A stretch of DNA of 64,000 bases from Rebecca billardiae RCC1528. Its lineage: Eukaryota; Protista; Haptophyta. Of this stretch, positions 20,993 through 33,212 are shown piece by piece; position 1 is the stretch's first letter, and each line of letters opens with the position of its first letter. The notes beneath the pieces are model-generated. The model was not told where the DNA came from. It was given only the letters and a program-made list of their open reading frames with translations, and did not search any database. A program made the translations under genes and the position numbers. The stretch is from contig OZ251224.1 in the NCBI GenBank assembly GCA_965240325.2, positions 2,170,001-2,234,000 on the forward strand, in the 5' to 3' direction.

Positions 20993-22576
20993 ATGGCGGC
21001 TGAGGACGTGAGCAAGGGTGTGTTTTTGCTCGCTCTGGGCACGGCAGCTGTGTTTTTAGCGCGAGCACCGAGGCCATCCGCCGACCCATCGCCGCCTCCT
21101 TCGCCACACGTTGCGCCGCTGGTCACGGCCAGGGCCGATGACGTGCCCATGTCGTCACCGTCGACCGCGGCGCGCGCCGACGAGCCGCCGCCGCCCGTGC
21201 CTGAGCGCGTGTACCACCAGCTCGTGCAGTCGGTGCACGTGACAGACAGGTTGCCGCCCGGTGACTCCTCGCGGTACTTCTCGGTCGTGGAGGTCCCCGA
21301 GCACTTTGAGCCCGCGCTCCCGGGCGAGCTCTGGGTGTTTGCGCGCCGCTCGAGCCGGCCGCACGGCGCGATTGCGTCGACCTCCGCTGTGTGGGCGCGC
21401 GCGACTGCCGGCTCGCTTCTGGGCGGCGCGCCGCCTCACACGTTCGTGCGCGACCACTCGATGGCGCACAACTTCGCGCCGCTCTTCCACGGCCGCTCCT
21501 TCATCGGTGCCGGCGGCGAGTTCTGGGCGACCCCGCCGCCCAAGTACAATGTGAGTGAGCTGGGCAGGCCGACGGGCGTGCGCGTGCGTCGCGCGGAGAG
21601 ACGAGCCCAGGTGGTCGGGGCAGACGCCTCCTTCGGCGGCCTCCCGCTCGTCTCGCACGTGCGCGGCGACGCGCCCGGCTGCTTCGAGGCCCGCCGCCTC
21701 CCGCGGCTGTACAACATGCGCCGCGACCGGCTGGCGTGCGAGTTTGATGGCCTGCTGTCGCTCGCTCCGCACCGCGGCGGTCTGCTGCTGTTCGCGCGCG
21801 CCAACACCTCGCCCGTGGTGGACATGGGGCGGCACGTGCAGGTGGCCCGCGCGCCGAGCGCGCCGCTCGCGCCCGGCGCGCCGGGCCGCGTCGCGTGGTC
21901 GCGCTTCGTCCTGCTCGACTTCGAGGGCCACGCCCCTGAGCAGCACAACGTGTACTACGGCAGTGTCGCGCCCAACCCGGCCGACCGCGGCCGCACGCTG
22001 CTCGCGCTCGTCCCCGCGTCGATCGGCGGCGGGCGCGTGAGGCCGGCGTGCATGATCGGGCTGGCCGTGTCGTGCGACGGCGTGGCCTTCTCCCGGCTCG
22101 AGCCGCTCGTCACCACGCCGTGCGCCAACGGCGGCCGCACAGTGGATCAGCCCGTCAGCGGTTGGGTGGTGCGCGGAGCGAGTGCGCACGCGTGGGTGCA
22201 CGCCGACGTGCCCGGGCTGAGCACACCGTGGCACAACTCGTCGGCCGCGACGGACTCGCGGCTCGTGCGCCTGAGCATACCGCTGGCGGCGCTCGCCGAG
22301 CACACGAGGCGCACCCTCGCAACCTCCGCAGCGCTCCGCCGCACGTGCGACGCGGAGAGGCCCGCAGAGGCGCCATGGGCACAGCCGACTGCGGCCGACA
22401 CCCCGGCAGAGGGCGTGAAGATGACCAAGCTGCCGGCGCACCTGCAGCGCATCTCACCGAAGGACGCCAAGTGGCTGCAGGCGATGAGCATGCGCAGCGC
22501 GAAGCGCCCGCGCACGCGCTCGAAAGCGTACCGCCGCCCGCTCTCGTCCGTCTTTGGTGGCATGCTGAGCGGCTGA
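20993..22576 (+). CDS. Hypothetical type II membrane or secretory protein, possibly beta-propeller glycosidase-like
   Basis: 527-aa ATG ORF with coding-like codon use; N-terminal anchor VFLLALGTAAVFLA; segments CEFDGLLSL, LLFARAN, GRHVQVA and SCDGVAFS (Asp-box-like). Confidence 0.75.
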   Translation: MAAEDVSKGVFLLALGTAAVFLARAPRPSADPSPPPSPHVAPLVTARADDVPMSSPSTAARADEPPPPVPERVYHQLVQSVHVTDRLPPGDSSRYFSVVEVPEHFEPALPGELWVFARRSSRPHGAIASTSAVWARATAGSLLGGAPPHTFVRDHSMAHNFAPLFHGRSFIGAGGEFWATPPPKYNVSELGRPTGVRVRRAERRAQVVGADASFGGLPLVSHVRGDAPGCFEARRLPRLYNMRRDRLACEFDGLLSLAPHRGGLLLFARANTSPVVDMGRHVQVARAPSAPLAPGAPGRVAWSRFVLLDFEGHAPEQHNVYYGSVAPNPADRGRTLLALVPASIGGGRVRPACMIGLAVSCDGVAFSRLEPLVTTPCANGGRTVDQPVSGWVVRGASAHAWVHADVPGLSTPWHNSSAATDSRLVRLSIPLAALAEHTRRTLATSAALRRTCDAERPAEAPWAQPTAADTPAEGVKMTKLPAHLQRISPKDAKWLQAMSMRSAKRPRTRSKAYRRPLSSVFGGMLSG

Positions 22577-22971
22577 GCCGGTAGCCGTCGTACTCACGTA
22601 ACTATAGGTCGCGCGTAGCTACTAGTATACAGCTATAGGCTGCGCAGCCTGCCAGTACCGATGTTTCAATAAAGTGTAGTGCGACGACTCGCCGCCGCAT
22701 CCAGCAGCCGCCAGATGTCATGCGCTGCTGATGACGCGATCATTTTTTTGGCTGAGACGTCGCGGGCGCTGCTAGTTACTGCTACTACAGCAGTGATGAA
22801 TACGTACGACTGTATACGACATATCGTCGTGATCGTCGTCACGCGAAAATCATACGCATCATGTCGTCAGCAAGATGTAGTGCGCCTGCTGATGACGCGA
22901 CGATAGGCGGCGATACGCGACGGTGACGGTCAAATTAGACTTGAGCCCGAGTCTGACGGCTCTGCGCAGAT

Positions 22972-24804
22972 TCAGAACGGCGACTGGCAGAGCGGGCACG
23001 TGCTCTTCTGCGACGAGTTGAACCACTTGTACAGGCACGGCGAGTGGAACTTGTTGTTGCACGTCTTGCACGACAGGCTCGGCAGCTGGCGCGTGACGCC
23101 GTGCACGATCACGTAGCAGATCGGGCACTCCTCGACCCCCTTGAAGAGCCCGTCCACGTGCTCGCGCCACAGCAGCAGCGCGTCGAGCAGCGAGCCGTTC
23201 TGCGAGTGGAGCAGCGTGGAGATGGCGCGCTGCCACCGCCGCCACCGCCCCTCGCTCACGCCCACCCGCCGAGTGCACTCGAGCTCAGGCACGCGGATCG
23301 GGTGGCTGGGAGAGAGCCGCAGCCGCACCGCCGTCTCCGTGTCCTCGCACGCATACGACGCGCTCACTTCGCGCGCGGCGCGCGAGGTGCGAATGGTGAA
23401 GTCGTCGGTTGTCTCGTCTGCGCGGCAGCGGCGGCGCGGGCGCGGGGGGCGCGAGGGAGGGCGCGCGGCCGCGTCAGCGGTGCCGCCGCGCGCGCCGCCA
23501 ACGCCGCGACGCCGACGGTGCGTGCGCGAGCGCGCGCGGCGCGGGCACACGCGCCGAGCAGCCTGCGAGCGAGCGAGCGCGCATGCACGCGGCCGCGGAG
23601 CAACGCGCACACCGGCCCTGTCGATGGCGTCGAGCTCCGCGGCGATGAGCACGGCGCTCGCGCGGGTCGAGAGCCACCGCTCGACAGCTGCCGCCTCGGC
23701 GCGACTCGCCGCGTCCGCCCACCACTGGCGCAGCAGCGCGGGCAGCGCGGCGCTCGCCTGGAGCAGCGCAGCCTCGCACACAGCCGTGTGCGCGTCAGCG
23801 TCCGCGTCCGCGTCCGCGCCTGCGCCGCACGCGCCGCCGGCGGAGGGCGGCGGGTGCGCGAGGGCGTCGAGCACGGTGCGCTGTAGGGGCGGCAGCGCGG
23901 AGGCGGCTGTCGCGCCAAGCCGCTCACTCGGCGGAAGCGCGCGCGCGAGCGCGGAGGCGAACTCGAAGAAGGGCTGACGCCGTGGGCCTCCGCTGCCGCC
24001 GCTGCCGCCGCCGCCACCGCCGCCGCCGGCGCCGCCGCCGCTGCCGCTCCCGAGTCGGCCGTGCACCAGCCAGAGCACGAGCCGCGCGCGCGTCGGGCTG
24101 TCCACACGTGAGGCGATCAGGATCACAAGCGCCCACGTGCAGATCGTGCCCACAGCTGGGTGTTGGCGCGCGGGCGGCGCGCGGGCGGCGTCGGCGGCGG
24201 GCGGCAGGCAGGCTGCCTCGAGCGCGCAGACAAGGGCGGGCGGCACGAACGCGGGCGGCCCCACGTCCGCGTCGGCGGCGTCGGCGTCGGCCGCCGCCTC
24301 GGCATCTGCAGCCGCCCCGCCTGCGGCGCGGCCGCGGCGCATCAGCTCGGTCGCGGGCGGCGCGCTCAGTGCGCGGCTCACGAGTGCGAGCACCGCGCGG
24401 AGCAGGGGCGTGCGCGCGCCGCGCGCGGCAGCGTCGCCGCCCGCGGCTCGCGCGCCCTGCCCGCCGCCGCGCTCGCCGCCGCCGCCGTCGTCGTCGTCGG
24501 TGGCGGCGTCGTCGCCCTCGTCGTGGGCAGCTCCGGCGCGCGGCTCTCCCACGCGCGCGCCCTCCGCGCCCTCCGCGCCGCCCGCGAGCAGAGCGCACAG
24601 CTCACACACACCCTCCCACCGCTCCGCAAGCAGCCGCTCGGGCGCGCTGGCCGCGAGGGCGGAGAGATGCCACGGGCTGAGGGCCGGGTGAGTGGCGCTG
24701 CTGGCGGCCGCGGCGCGCGTGCGCAGCGCGCGCGCGGAGAGAACGGCGCTGTCGAGCAGCGCGCGCCAGCACTCGAGCCGCGCAGCAGCGAGCGCCTCCG
24801 CAGG

Positions 24805-24841
<37 letters not shown>

Positions 24842-27800
24842 TCGCCGCCGCCGCCGTCAGCGGTGGCCGCGGACGGCAGGGCTGTGCACGCGGCCACCGC
24901 CGCGCGCGCCGCCGCGCGCCAGAGCGGCGCGCGCTGCGGCTGGCCGGCACTCAGCCGCAGCCAGCGCGCGCACGCCTCCGCGATGGCGTGCAGCGCCCGG
25001 CCATCGACAGCGCAACCGCCACCCTCGGCCGCCGCGTGCCCCCGCAGGGCGGCGCAGGCGAGCTCGCACGCCGCGATCGCGCTCGCGTCCTCGTCAGCGG
25101 TCGGCGCGGGGGCCGCGCCCTCCTCCGCGCCCGCGCCGCGCGCCTCGGCGGGGCCCTCGGCCGCGGCGCGTGTGTGCGGCAGCAGAGGCGCGCGCCCTGC
25201 GCACAGCAGGTGCACGAGCATACCGCCCTCGGCGCGCGACGGCGGCGCGTGCGCGCCGCGCGAGGCCGGTTCATAAAGGCACGAGAGCGCTCGCGCGGCC
25301 GCCGCACGCTCGGGCGCGCCGAGCCCCGGCGCGGAGAGCGCACGCGCGCACGCCATCGCGAGCTGCGCGCACGCGCCGCCGCGCTCCGCCATGCGCCACT
25401 GCGCCGCCACCGCGCGCTCCGCCGCCTCCGCCTCCAGAGCGACTCCGGGCCCACCGCCGTCGCCGCCGCCTCCGCCGCTGCCGCTGGCCTCCGCCGCTGC
25501 CTCCGCGCGCGCCTCCGCCTCGCCAGCCGCGCCGCCCGCGCCGGCGGCGGCGCGCGCCCGCGCCACGGCCTCCAGGGCAGTCCACGTGTCCCGGGCTGCC
25601 GCGCGCCCGCCGCCCGCAGCGGCGGCCGCGCCGTCCGCCGCCGCGAGCCACGCTGCCGGCGTGGTCGGGAGCGCGGCACACGCCGCGTCGGCAAGCGCTC
25701 GGCTCACGCGCACGCCGCCGCCGCGCCGCGCCGCGCGCAGCAGGGCGGCGAGGGCGAGGGCCGAGAGTGCTGAGCCCGCGTCGGCCGCGGCGACCGCCTC
25801 GGCCGTGGCGACGGCGGCGGCTTCCAGTAGCGCGCGCGCCGCCTCCGCCGAAGCGGCCTCCGCGCCGTCCGCCGCGGCGTCGCGCACGGCCGCCCCACGC
25901 GCGACGCGAGCCACCGCGCGCAGGCAGTGGCGCGCATCCGCCGCGGCGGCCGCGGCCGTGGCGGCGGCGCCAGCCTCAGCGGGACTCGCCGCGGTCGCGC
26001 GCGGCGCCTCTGAGTCCGGGCCGCCCGCCGACGCCGCGGGCGGCAGCGCCGCGTGAGGCCTGTGCGCGGCCATGCGCGCGAGGGCGCGCGCGAGCGCAAC
26101 GCCCGCGCGCTGCCCCTCTGCGCGGCCGCTCTCGGCTCGCGGGCTCAGCACCTGGAGCACGATCCCTCGGCGCCAGCCCAGTGACGGGTGTTCGCCCGCC
26201 GCGCGCAGGCAGGAGCACAGCGACGCCGCGCGCGCGTCCGCGCCGCCCGGCGCGTCCCACGCAGCGGCGGCGGCGTCAGCGGCGGCGTCGGCGTGCGCGG
26301 CGCCGAGGAGTGCGCACCGCGCGACCGAGTTGAGTGCCTCGTCGGCGCCGCCATCGCCGCCGCCGAGTGTCGCGCTCTCGACGGCGAGCTCCGCGGCGGC
26401 GTCAGCCCACGCGCTCGCGCGGCCGTGCGGCGCCCGCGTGCCACTGTCGTCTCCGCCGCCGACCGTGGCATACGCGCCGCCGGACGCGAGGGCATGCAGC
26501 GCGGCCGCCATCGTGCCGGCGAGGGCGCGCGCCGCGGCCGCGCCGGCGGCGGCCGCGTGCGCGCGCAGCGCCGCGCCACATGCGCCGCCCGCCGAGCCGC
26601 CCGCCTCCGCGCCGAGCGCGGCCGCCAGCTGGTCAAGCGACGGCGGCGGCGCGGCGCCGGCGGCGCCAACCGCCGCGGCGAGCACGGCCGCGGCCGCGGC
26701 GGAGGAGGGCGGTGCGGCGCCTGCGCAGAACGGCGAGCGTGGCAGGCAGCGCGCACGCAGCGCCCACACCGCGAGCGCGGCGTGGGCGCCTGGCGCTGCG
26801 GAGCACAGCTGCTCGGAGCCGAGGGCAGCGGCGCACAGTCGGCCGAGAGACGGCGCGTGCGCCGCGCTCGCGCCGCAGAGCACCGCCTCCACGCCCGCGC
26901 ACAGCCGGCGCGTCACGCCGCCCACGCTCGCGGCGGGCAGGCACGGAGGCCCGCTACTGAGGCCGCCGCCGCCTCCGAGACTCAGCAAGCAGCTTAGCAC
27001 GGCTGCGGCCTCCTGCGCGGCGCGCGCGCTCGCGCGCGGCAGAGGCACGCACACCGGCGGCGGCGCGGCGCCGCGCGCGGCCGGCGGCGAAGGCGGCAGC
27101 GGCTGCGCCGGGCACGCGGCCTCGGCCGCGCCTGCGCCCAGCGCCACCAGTCCGGAGAGCGCCACACCCTCCGGGCTCGGCCGCTGGGTGGCGGCGGCGA
27201 CAGCGGCGGCGGCCGTCGCGCCGCCCTGCGCTGCGTCGGCGCTGGGGTGGGGCGCGCAGGCGGCATCCGCGCTGGCGCCGGCGTCGGCCGCGCTGGCGCC
27301 ACGGCCGGCGCGCGGCCGCGCGCTTCCGCCGCGCAGTAGCCCTGCCGCCGCGCACGTCTCGAGCAGCGCGCGAGCGGCGGCGAGCAGAGCGGCGCTGGGC
27401 TGCGGGGGCGCGGTCGGATCGGCCGGCGGCGCGGAGACGCGCACGAGGATCAGCACGCGCGGCACGGCCGCCCCGCCGGGCCCGGCGGCGTGCGAGCACT
27501 CCGCGTCGCAGCGCAGCCGCACACAGCGCGCCGCCGCGCCCCCCGCCGCGCCGCCGCCGCCGCCGCCCAGCTCACCCAGGGCGGCATATGTGAGCTGCGC
27601 GAGCGCGTGCGCGTGCGCGCCGGCCACGCCGGCAGCGGTGGCGGCGTCCGCGCCAGCGCAGAGCGCGCGCGCGAGCAGCGCCCACAGCGCGCGCTCCGAG
27701 GCGTCCGGCGGCGCGCCGGCCGCGCGCGCCTCGCGCCGCGCCGCCGCGGCGGGCAGCCACTGGCGCCGCGCGCGCGCGGCGAGGGCCAAGGCTGCGGCGC

Positions 27801-28624
27801 CCGCCGCGCCGCCGGCGCCCGCCGCGCCGCCGGCCCTCATCGGCAGGAGTCGGGCGCGCACGCGCGTCGCGGCCGTGGGCTGCAGCCTGAGCAGCAGCGC
27901 CGGCGCCGGACGCCCGCAGTCCAGGCCCAGGCCGTCGGCGCCGAGCGCCGCGAGCAGCGTGCACGCGGTGCGCGCGCCGAGCGCGCGCGCGCGCTCGAGC
28001 TCGGCCGCGCCGCCTGAGGCAGCAGCTGCTGCCGAGTGCGCGCTGAGCGTGGCCAGGGCCGCGGCGGTGTCGAAGCAGCGGCGCGCGACGGCGGCGGCGG
28101 CGTCCGCGTGCCGCGTCGCGCGCGCGCGGCCCGCGTCGTCGAGCCGCGAGCCGGAGGCCGACGCCCGCGCCGCCCGAGCCAGCGTCACAAGCACGGCGCA
28201 CGCGCGCGCCGCCCGCGCCTCCGCGTCCGCACTTGACTCCAGCGAAGCGGAGGGTGCGCGGCGCGCGGCGTCGGCGGCGCTAAACGTCGGCGCGGTCGGG
28301 CGCAGGGCGTGCTCGCTCACGTCCGCCACGCGGGCCCACCACGCGCCCAGCGCCGCCTCCACGCCCTCGGAGCAGCACAGCGCCGCGATGGTCGACTCGA
28401 GCACCGCGAGCGCCGGCGCGCCAACCGCGGCCGGAGCGACCGGCGCGCGCGCCGCTCGGTGCGTGCCGCGCGCGGGGGCACGCTGCCACAACCCGTCGCA
28501 CGGTGGCGGGAGGCAGTCGGCGGGAGCCGCGCCCGGCGCGTCGGCGCGGCCCCCAGGCGCCACGCCGCCACCTTCGGCCGCGCTCGACGAGGCGCTCGGT
28601 GCGCGGCGGACAGCAGGCAAAGCC

Positions 28625-28664
<40 letters not shown>

Positions 28665-30039
28665 TGCCGCCGCCGCCGGCTCCCGCCCCGGTTGGGCGAA
28701 GGCCGCTGCCACCGACCCATCGGCTCAGCACGGCGTCGAGCAGGACCTGCTCGAGCAGCGCGGCCTGGAAGGCCTCGCGCGCGCCGCTCGGCTCGCTCGG
28801 CGCGCGACGGAGCAGAGCGTACCGCACGCACTCGGCGAGGGCGCTCACCACAGAGCTGCCGCCTCCGCCACCGCCGCCGCCGCCGCCGCCGCCACCCGTG
28901 CCACCGCCGCCGCCGCCGCCGCTGCCGGCACCGTTCTCCCACAGTGTCGTCAGGAGCTCGACCTCGAGCCTGGCGAGTGGCGCCGCGCCATCGCTTGTGG
29001 GCAGAAGGCTCAGCAGCGGCAGCAGCGCCGCGTACGTCGCGGGCGCCACCGCGCCGACCACTGCGCCCGCGCCGGCGCCCGCGCGGCGCGGGGCCGCGCC
29101 GAGTTGCGCCAACACTGCGTGCTCCACCGCGGTCGCTGTGAGGCCGCCGCCGCCGTCGGAGGCGGGGCGCCACATGGCGGGGCGCGAGAGCGACGCGAGC
29201 GTCATGTCCCACAGCGCCGGCAGCACGAACGCGTCGCGCTCGCGCCCGAGCGCGCGCACGATCGCCGCGCCGAGCTCTCTCGCACGCGCGTCGGCGAGCG
29301 ACGGTGCGCGCGCAGCGCACGCGGCGGCGAGCTGGCAGGCGGCTCGGCGCACGTGCGGCGCGCGCGCGCGCTCGGCGAGCGCCCACACGGCGCCGTGGTC
29401 GAGGATGGGCGCGGCGTCCTCCTCGAGCGCGCGCGCCGCCGCGTCCGAGCCCTCGCTGCCACGCACGCGCGCGATCTCCGCGGTGGCGGTCGCGAGCGCG
29501 CCCAGCCCCGACGCTAGCGTGCGCACAGCCGCCTCCTCCGCCTCCGCGTCCTTCGCCGCGGCCTTGAGGTAGGGCGGCGCGGCGGCGAGCACGGACGCGG
29601 TGATCTTGGCGAAGAGCTCGCGCTGGCAGAACACCAGCGCGTCCGCGCGCTTCGCGGCGTTCGGAATCGCCGCCTCCCACGCGCTGAGCGCCGCGGCGGC
29701 AACGTCAGCCGCGGGGTCGTGCAGTGCGCACTGCCACGGCGCGGCGAGCGCGCGCAGGTGCGGCGCGAGCCGGCGGCCCAGCGCGGCGGCGAGCACGCCG
29801 AGCAGCACGCTCGCCTGCTCGCGCACCTGCCGCGACGTGTCCGCCGAGAGCTTGGCGTACGCCGTCACATAGTGCGGCGCGAGCTGATCGATCTCGTCCG
29901 CTCCGGCGGCACGCGCGTGCGCGAGCAGCTCGGCGAGGCCCTTGAGCCGCGTGGTCGCGTCCTTCTTGGAGAGCTTGCGCAGCATCACGGCCGTCTCCGC
30001 GCCGAGCGACTGCTCCGCCTGCAGCGCCGACTGCAGCAT
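22972..30039 (-). CDS. LTN1: E3 ubiquitin ligase Listerin (ribosome quality control); probable in-frame intron at 23418-23612
   Basis: N-terminal LRKLSKKDATTRLKGL; C-terminal RWD region plus RING GVEECPICY..CKTCNNKFHSPCLYKWF..STCPLCQSPF. Confidence 0.93.
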
Positions 30040-30189
30040 GGTTGCGGGCTGGGAGCGCGCGGGACGTGGCGGCGACGGGTCGCTCTGCAGATGACTCTGG
30101 TGAGCAGCAGCGAGCTCGCGCGTCGATCGCTGACTCTCCAGCCGGAGCGGGCGCTGGGCTGGCCGGTGCGCTGCGCGGACGCGTCATCA

Positions 30190-31446
30190 ATGGCGTCGGC
30201 GTGCGTGCGCCGCGTCATCACGAGGCGGCCTGCTCAGCCGCTGAGCAGGGCGAGAGCCGGACGACCGAGCTTGAGCGGCGGCGCGTGGACCCTCTTCTCG
30301 TCCTTCCGCCACGCCGCGCCGTCGACTCCGCCGACTGGCCGCGCGGGCACGCCGCTTCCCGGCTTTGGCGCGGCGGGCGGTCCTTGCATCCAGAACAAGA
30401 GCACCATCCTGCAAGATGTCGACCGCGCGATCTGCCCGTCGGACCCGCGGCCGCCGGATATCGAGGTTCTCCTGACCAACCACCTCGCGTACGTGGGCAA
30501 CCCGCTCTCCAAGGCCGTCCACCGCCACCTCATCGCGCTCGGCCACGTGCTCGTTCGGTACACGACCTCGGATGGCGAGCAGCGCGTGATGAACATCCTG
30601 GGCGGGCATGCGCTCGACGAGCCGGGGGAGCAGATGGTGAACTTCGCGCCGCCGAGCGAGTACCTCTACGGCACCGCGGGCTTCGGCCGCTGGAGCCAGC
30701 AGGGCGGCGCGTATAACCGCGACATCGTCGGCGTGCGCATCGAGCGCGCCCCCGACGGCGTGGTGGACGCCCTGCACGCGTACTACGTCGCGCTGCAGCA
30801 GCGCTCGCGGATCAGCACCGAGCCGGCGTCGCTCGCGTCGAAGGCGGCGGCGCGCTTCCAGCTCTTCGGCGGGCGGCTCACCAACTTCGCCGCCAACCAC
30901 CTGCCGCAGGAGGTGTCGCACTTCCTCACGCGCGAGACTCGGCTGTACGCGGCGGCGGGCAACTGCGCGCAGTGGACCTCTGCGGGGCTGCAGTGGGTCG
31001 GGCTGGTGCGGCGGCCGAGGCTGGTGCCCAAGGCGATCCTGATCGAGCTGCTCGAGCGCGAGCACCGCATCGCGCCCGACAACGTGCACGTCGTCGTGTA
31101 CAAGCACGTGCGCCACGCGGAGACGTTCTACAAAGGGTACGAGCCGACCCTTTGTACGTTTGTGCACCCACTGTACGCGCTGCGCAACCGCGTGTACGCG
31201 GACATGGACGCGTTCGCCGACGTGCTCGTGCGCGTGCCGGAGGGGACGGACGAGGCCGTCGTCGAGCGCCAGCCGCCGGAGGCACGCCTTCGGCCGCCCA
31301 CCTACCTGCCCTGGCTGAACGGCGTGTGGTTTGGCGTCTCGGCGGCCGCCCTGCTCGGCTTCTTTGACGGGCCCGAGCCCGTGCAGCACCTGTCGGCCGG
31401 CGGCATCGCGATGGCGTGGCTCGTGCTCAACTACCTCTTCTACTAG
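30190..31446 (+). CDS. Hypothetical protein with a possible permuted papain-like (His-before-Cys) domain and two C-terminal TM segments
   Basis: Coding-like ORF; LGHVLVRY followed later by GNCAQWTSAGL; hydrophobic C-terminal segments. Confidence 0.7.
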   Translation: MASACVRRVITRRPAQPLSRARAGRPSLSGGAWTLFSSFRHAAPSTPPTGRAGTPLPGFGAAGGPCIQNKSTILQDVDRAICPSDPRPPDIEVLLTNHLAYVGNPLSKAVHRHLIALGHVLVRYTTSDGEQRVMNILGGHALDEPGEQMVNFAPPSEYLYGTAGFGRWSQQGGAYNRDIVGVRIERAPDGVVDALHAYYVALQQRSRISTEPASLASKAAARFQLFGGRLTNFAANHLPQEVSHFLTRETRLYAAAGNCAQWTSAGLQWVGLVRRPRLVPKAILIELLEREHRIAPDNVHVVVYKHVRHAETFYKGYEPTLCTFVHPLYALRNRVYADMDAFADVLVRVPEGTDEAVVERQPPEARLRPPTYLPWLNGVWFGVSAAALLGFFDGPEPVQHLSAGGIAMAWLVLNYLFY

Positions 31447-32316
31447 TCTTCGTAGCCGGCATGTCGACTTCGCGTAGTCGTGCTCAGCAGCGCGGCTCGG
31501 CTGGTCTCATTTAGTATATATGTATATATATAGTACACAGCTCGGCCATCATCGGCCGCCGCACCGACGCAGCCTTCGTCATGACAGTTCATTAGAGTAC
31601 ATAGTTAATCGTCGTAGTTCAAACTCAACTACTACCAGTTGAGTAGGCTGCGACGATGACGAATCTCGAGTGTCGAGTCTGAGGCGAGAGTCACAGTCTG
31701 AATGAGCCGAGCGACGACGGAGACTCGGCCGAGAGTCAGAGTGGCAGCGCCGACGGGTGTCGCCGGTGTCGGTACTCGGGTCGCGCCTATCCGCGATCGG
31801 CATAGGCCTCGCGGCATCATCGGATCAGGGGCCAGGCATCATCAGCCGCATCATCGATCGCTGATATAATGGTGACGATAGATGTAAGATGACGATGTCC
31901 GTGACGCCAGCAGAGTTACAGCAGACAATGCTTGTCAGCTTGTCCGGGCCAGCCGCCAGGTTGACGCCCGCAAGGCGCAACTCTTGACGACGCTGCTGAG
32001 TAGTGAGTGGCACTGTCTGACTCAGTAGTCAGTGCTGCGGGCTTACACCTAGGTAGACGGCAGCACGAGTCGGCCGAGTCGCAGCACGCATAGCCGTGGC
32101 AAGGGCCGTGCCGTGGCCCGTTCTAAGGCCGTTGTCTTCTTAGTGGGCAGGCGGGGCGCCTATTTTTTCTCGCGAATAACACCCAGAGCGGAACGTGCTC
32201 GAAGCTTCATCACGCCCCAGCGCCCCGCCGCCGGGCCGAGGAGCGAGCACGCCAGCGAGATTTCTTTTGCCATCATCGCTGGGCGCCGAAGCCGACGCAC
32301 GACACACACCACGACG

Positions 32317-32883
32317 ATGATGCGGCTCACCTTCATCGCGTTCGTCACGCTCGCGGTCGCAGGGCTCGAGGCAGCTTCAGCGATGCGTGTGCACGTGGCT
32401 CGTGCCACGCCGACAGTCGCGTGCCGAAGAGTGTCCACCGCGTCGGCGATGATGGCCGCTCCGGCGCGCTGGCCTGAGATCATCCGTGGCTACGTCGCCG
32501 CCAAGTTTGCGACGGTCGACGCGGACAACAGCGGTGAGGTGGACCGCTCGGAGCTGGCGGAGATGTACCGCATGCTGATGCCCGATGCCACCGACGCCGA
32601 GCGCACGAGCGCGCTCGACGACTTCTTCAAGGAGTTCGACGCGGACAAGAGCGGCGACATTGATCAGGAAGAGTTCCTCGTGGCGGTCATGTCGAACAAG
32701 CTGCTCAACTCGAACATGCGCCTGAAGGAGCAGGTGTACGAAGACGTGCTGAAGACATTCGACGCCTCGGGCAAGAAGCTCATCTCCGACTCCGCCTTCG
32801 ACGCGCTCGAGGCGCAGCTCGACTGGGAGGGCTCGAACCTGCCCCAGCAGCTCGGCAAGCTGGCCAAGGCGTTTGCTGGCTGA
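32317..32883 (+). CDS. Two-EF-hand protein with a bipartite plastid-type presequence and a PGRL1-like C-terminal motif
   Basis: EF loops DADNSGEVDRSE and DADKSGDIDQEE; signal MMRLTFIAFVTLAVAG followed by an R/A/T/S-rich transit-like region; GKKLISDSAFDALEAQLDWEGS. Confidence 0.88.
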   Translation: MMRLTFIAFVTLAVAGLEAASAMRVHVARATPTVACRRVSTASAMMAAPARWPEIIRGYVAAKFATVDADNSGEVDRSELAEMYRMLMPDATDAERTSALDDFFKEFDADKSGDIDQEEFLVAVMSNKLLNSNMRLKEQVYEDVLKTFDASGKKLISDSAFDALEAQLDWEGSNLPQQLGKLAKAFAG

Positions 32884-33212
32884 GCCGGAGAGCGCCAGGC
32901 AAAGTTGCAGGCCGGGCGGTCGCTCGCGCGCGCGGAGCCAGCGACGCGGCTGCTCACGTTCGGCCGCTGTTCAATCCTGCCTCTGCGCGCGGTGATGCGC
33001 GAGCGATGTGGTCCACGGGCAGGCCTCCGCCGCCCGACACGAAGTATTACGTACAGAACTTGGCTCTAATACTATGATAATCACGACTGTCGACTCAATT
33101 ACTCACTAGTCATCACTACTCAGACTCAGTGACCTGACCCTGATTGATCGATGTATAGATCTATATTCGACGATACATCTTCGCCATCGGACATCGACTG
33201 GATAATCCTCAC

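Noticed and set aside
26072-29572. Long antisense ORFs (1166 aa here; also 33489-36413, 36766-39189, 49387-52233, 11720-13618)
   Set aside because: Shadow ORFs opposite real genes in very high-GC DNA, with no motifs
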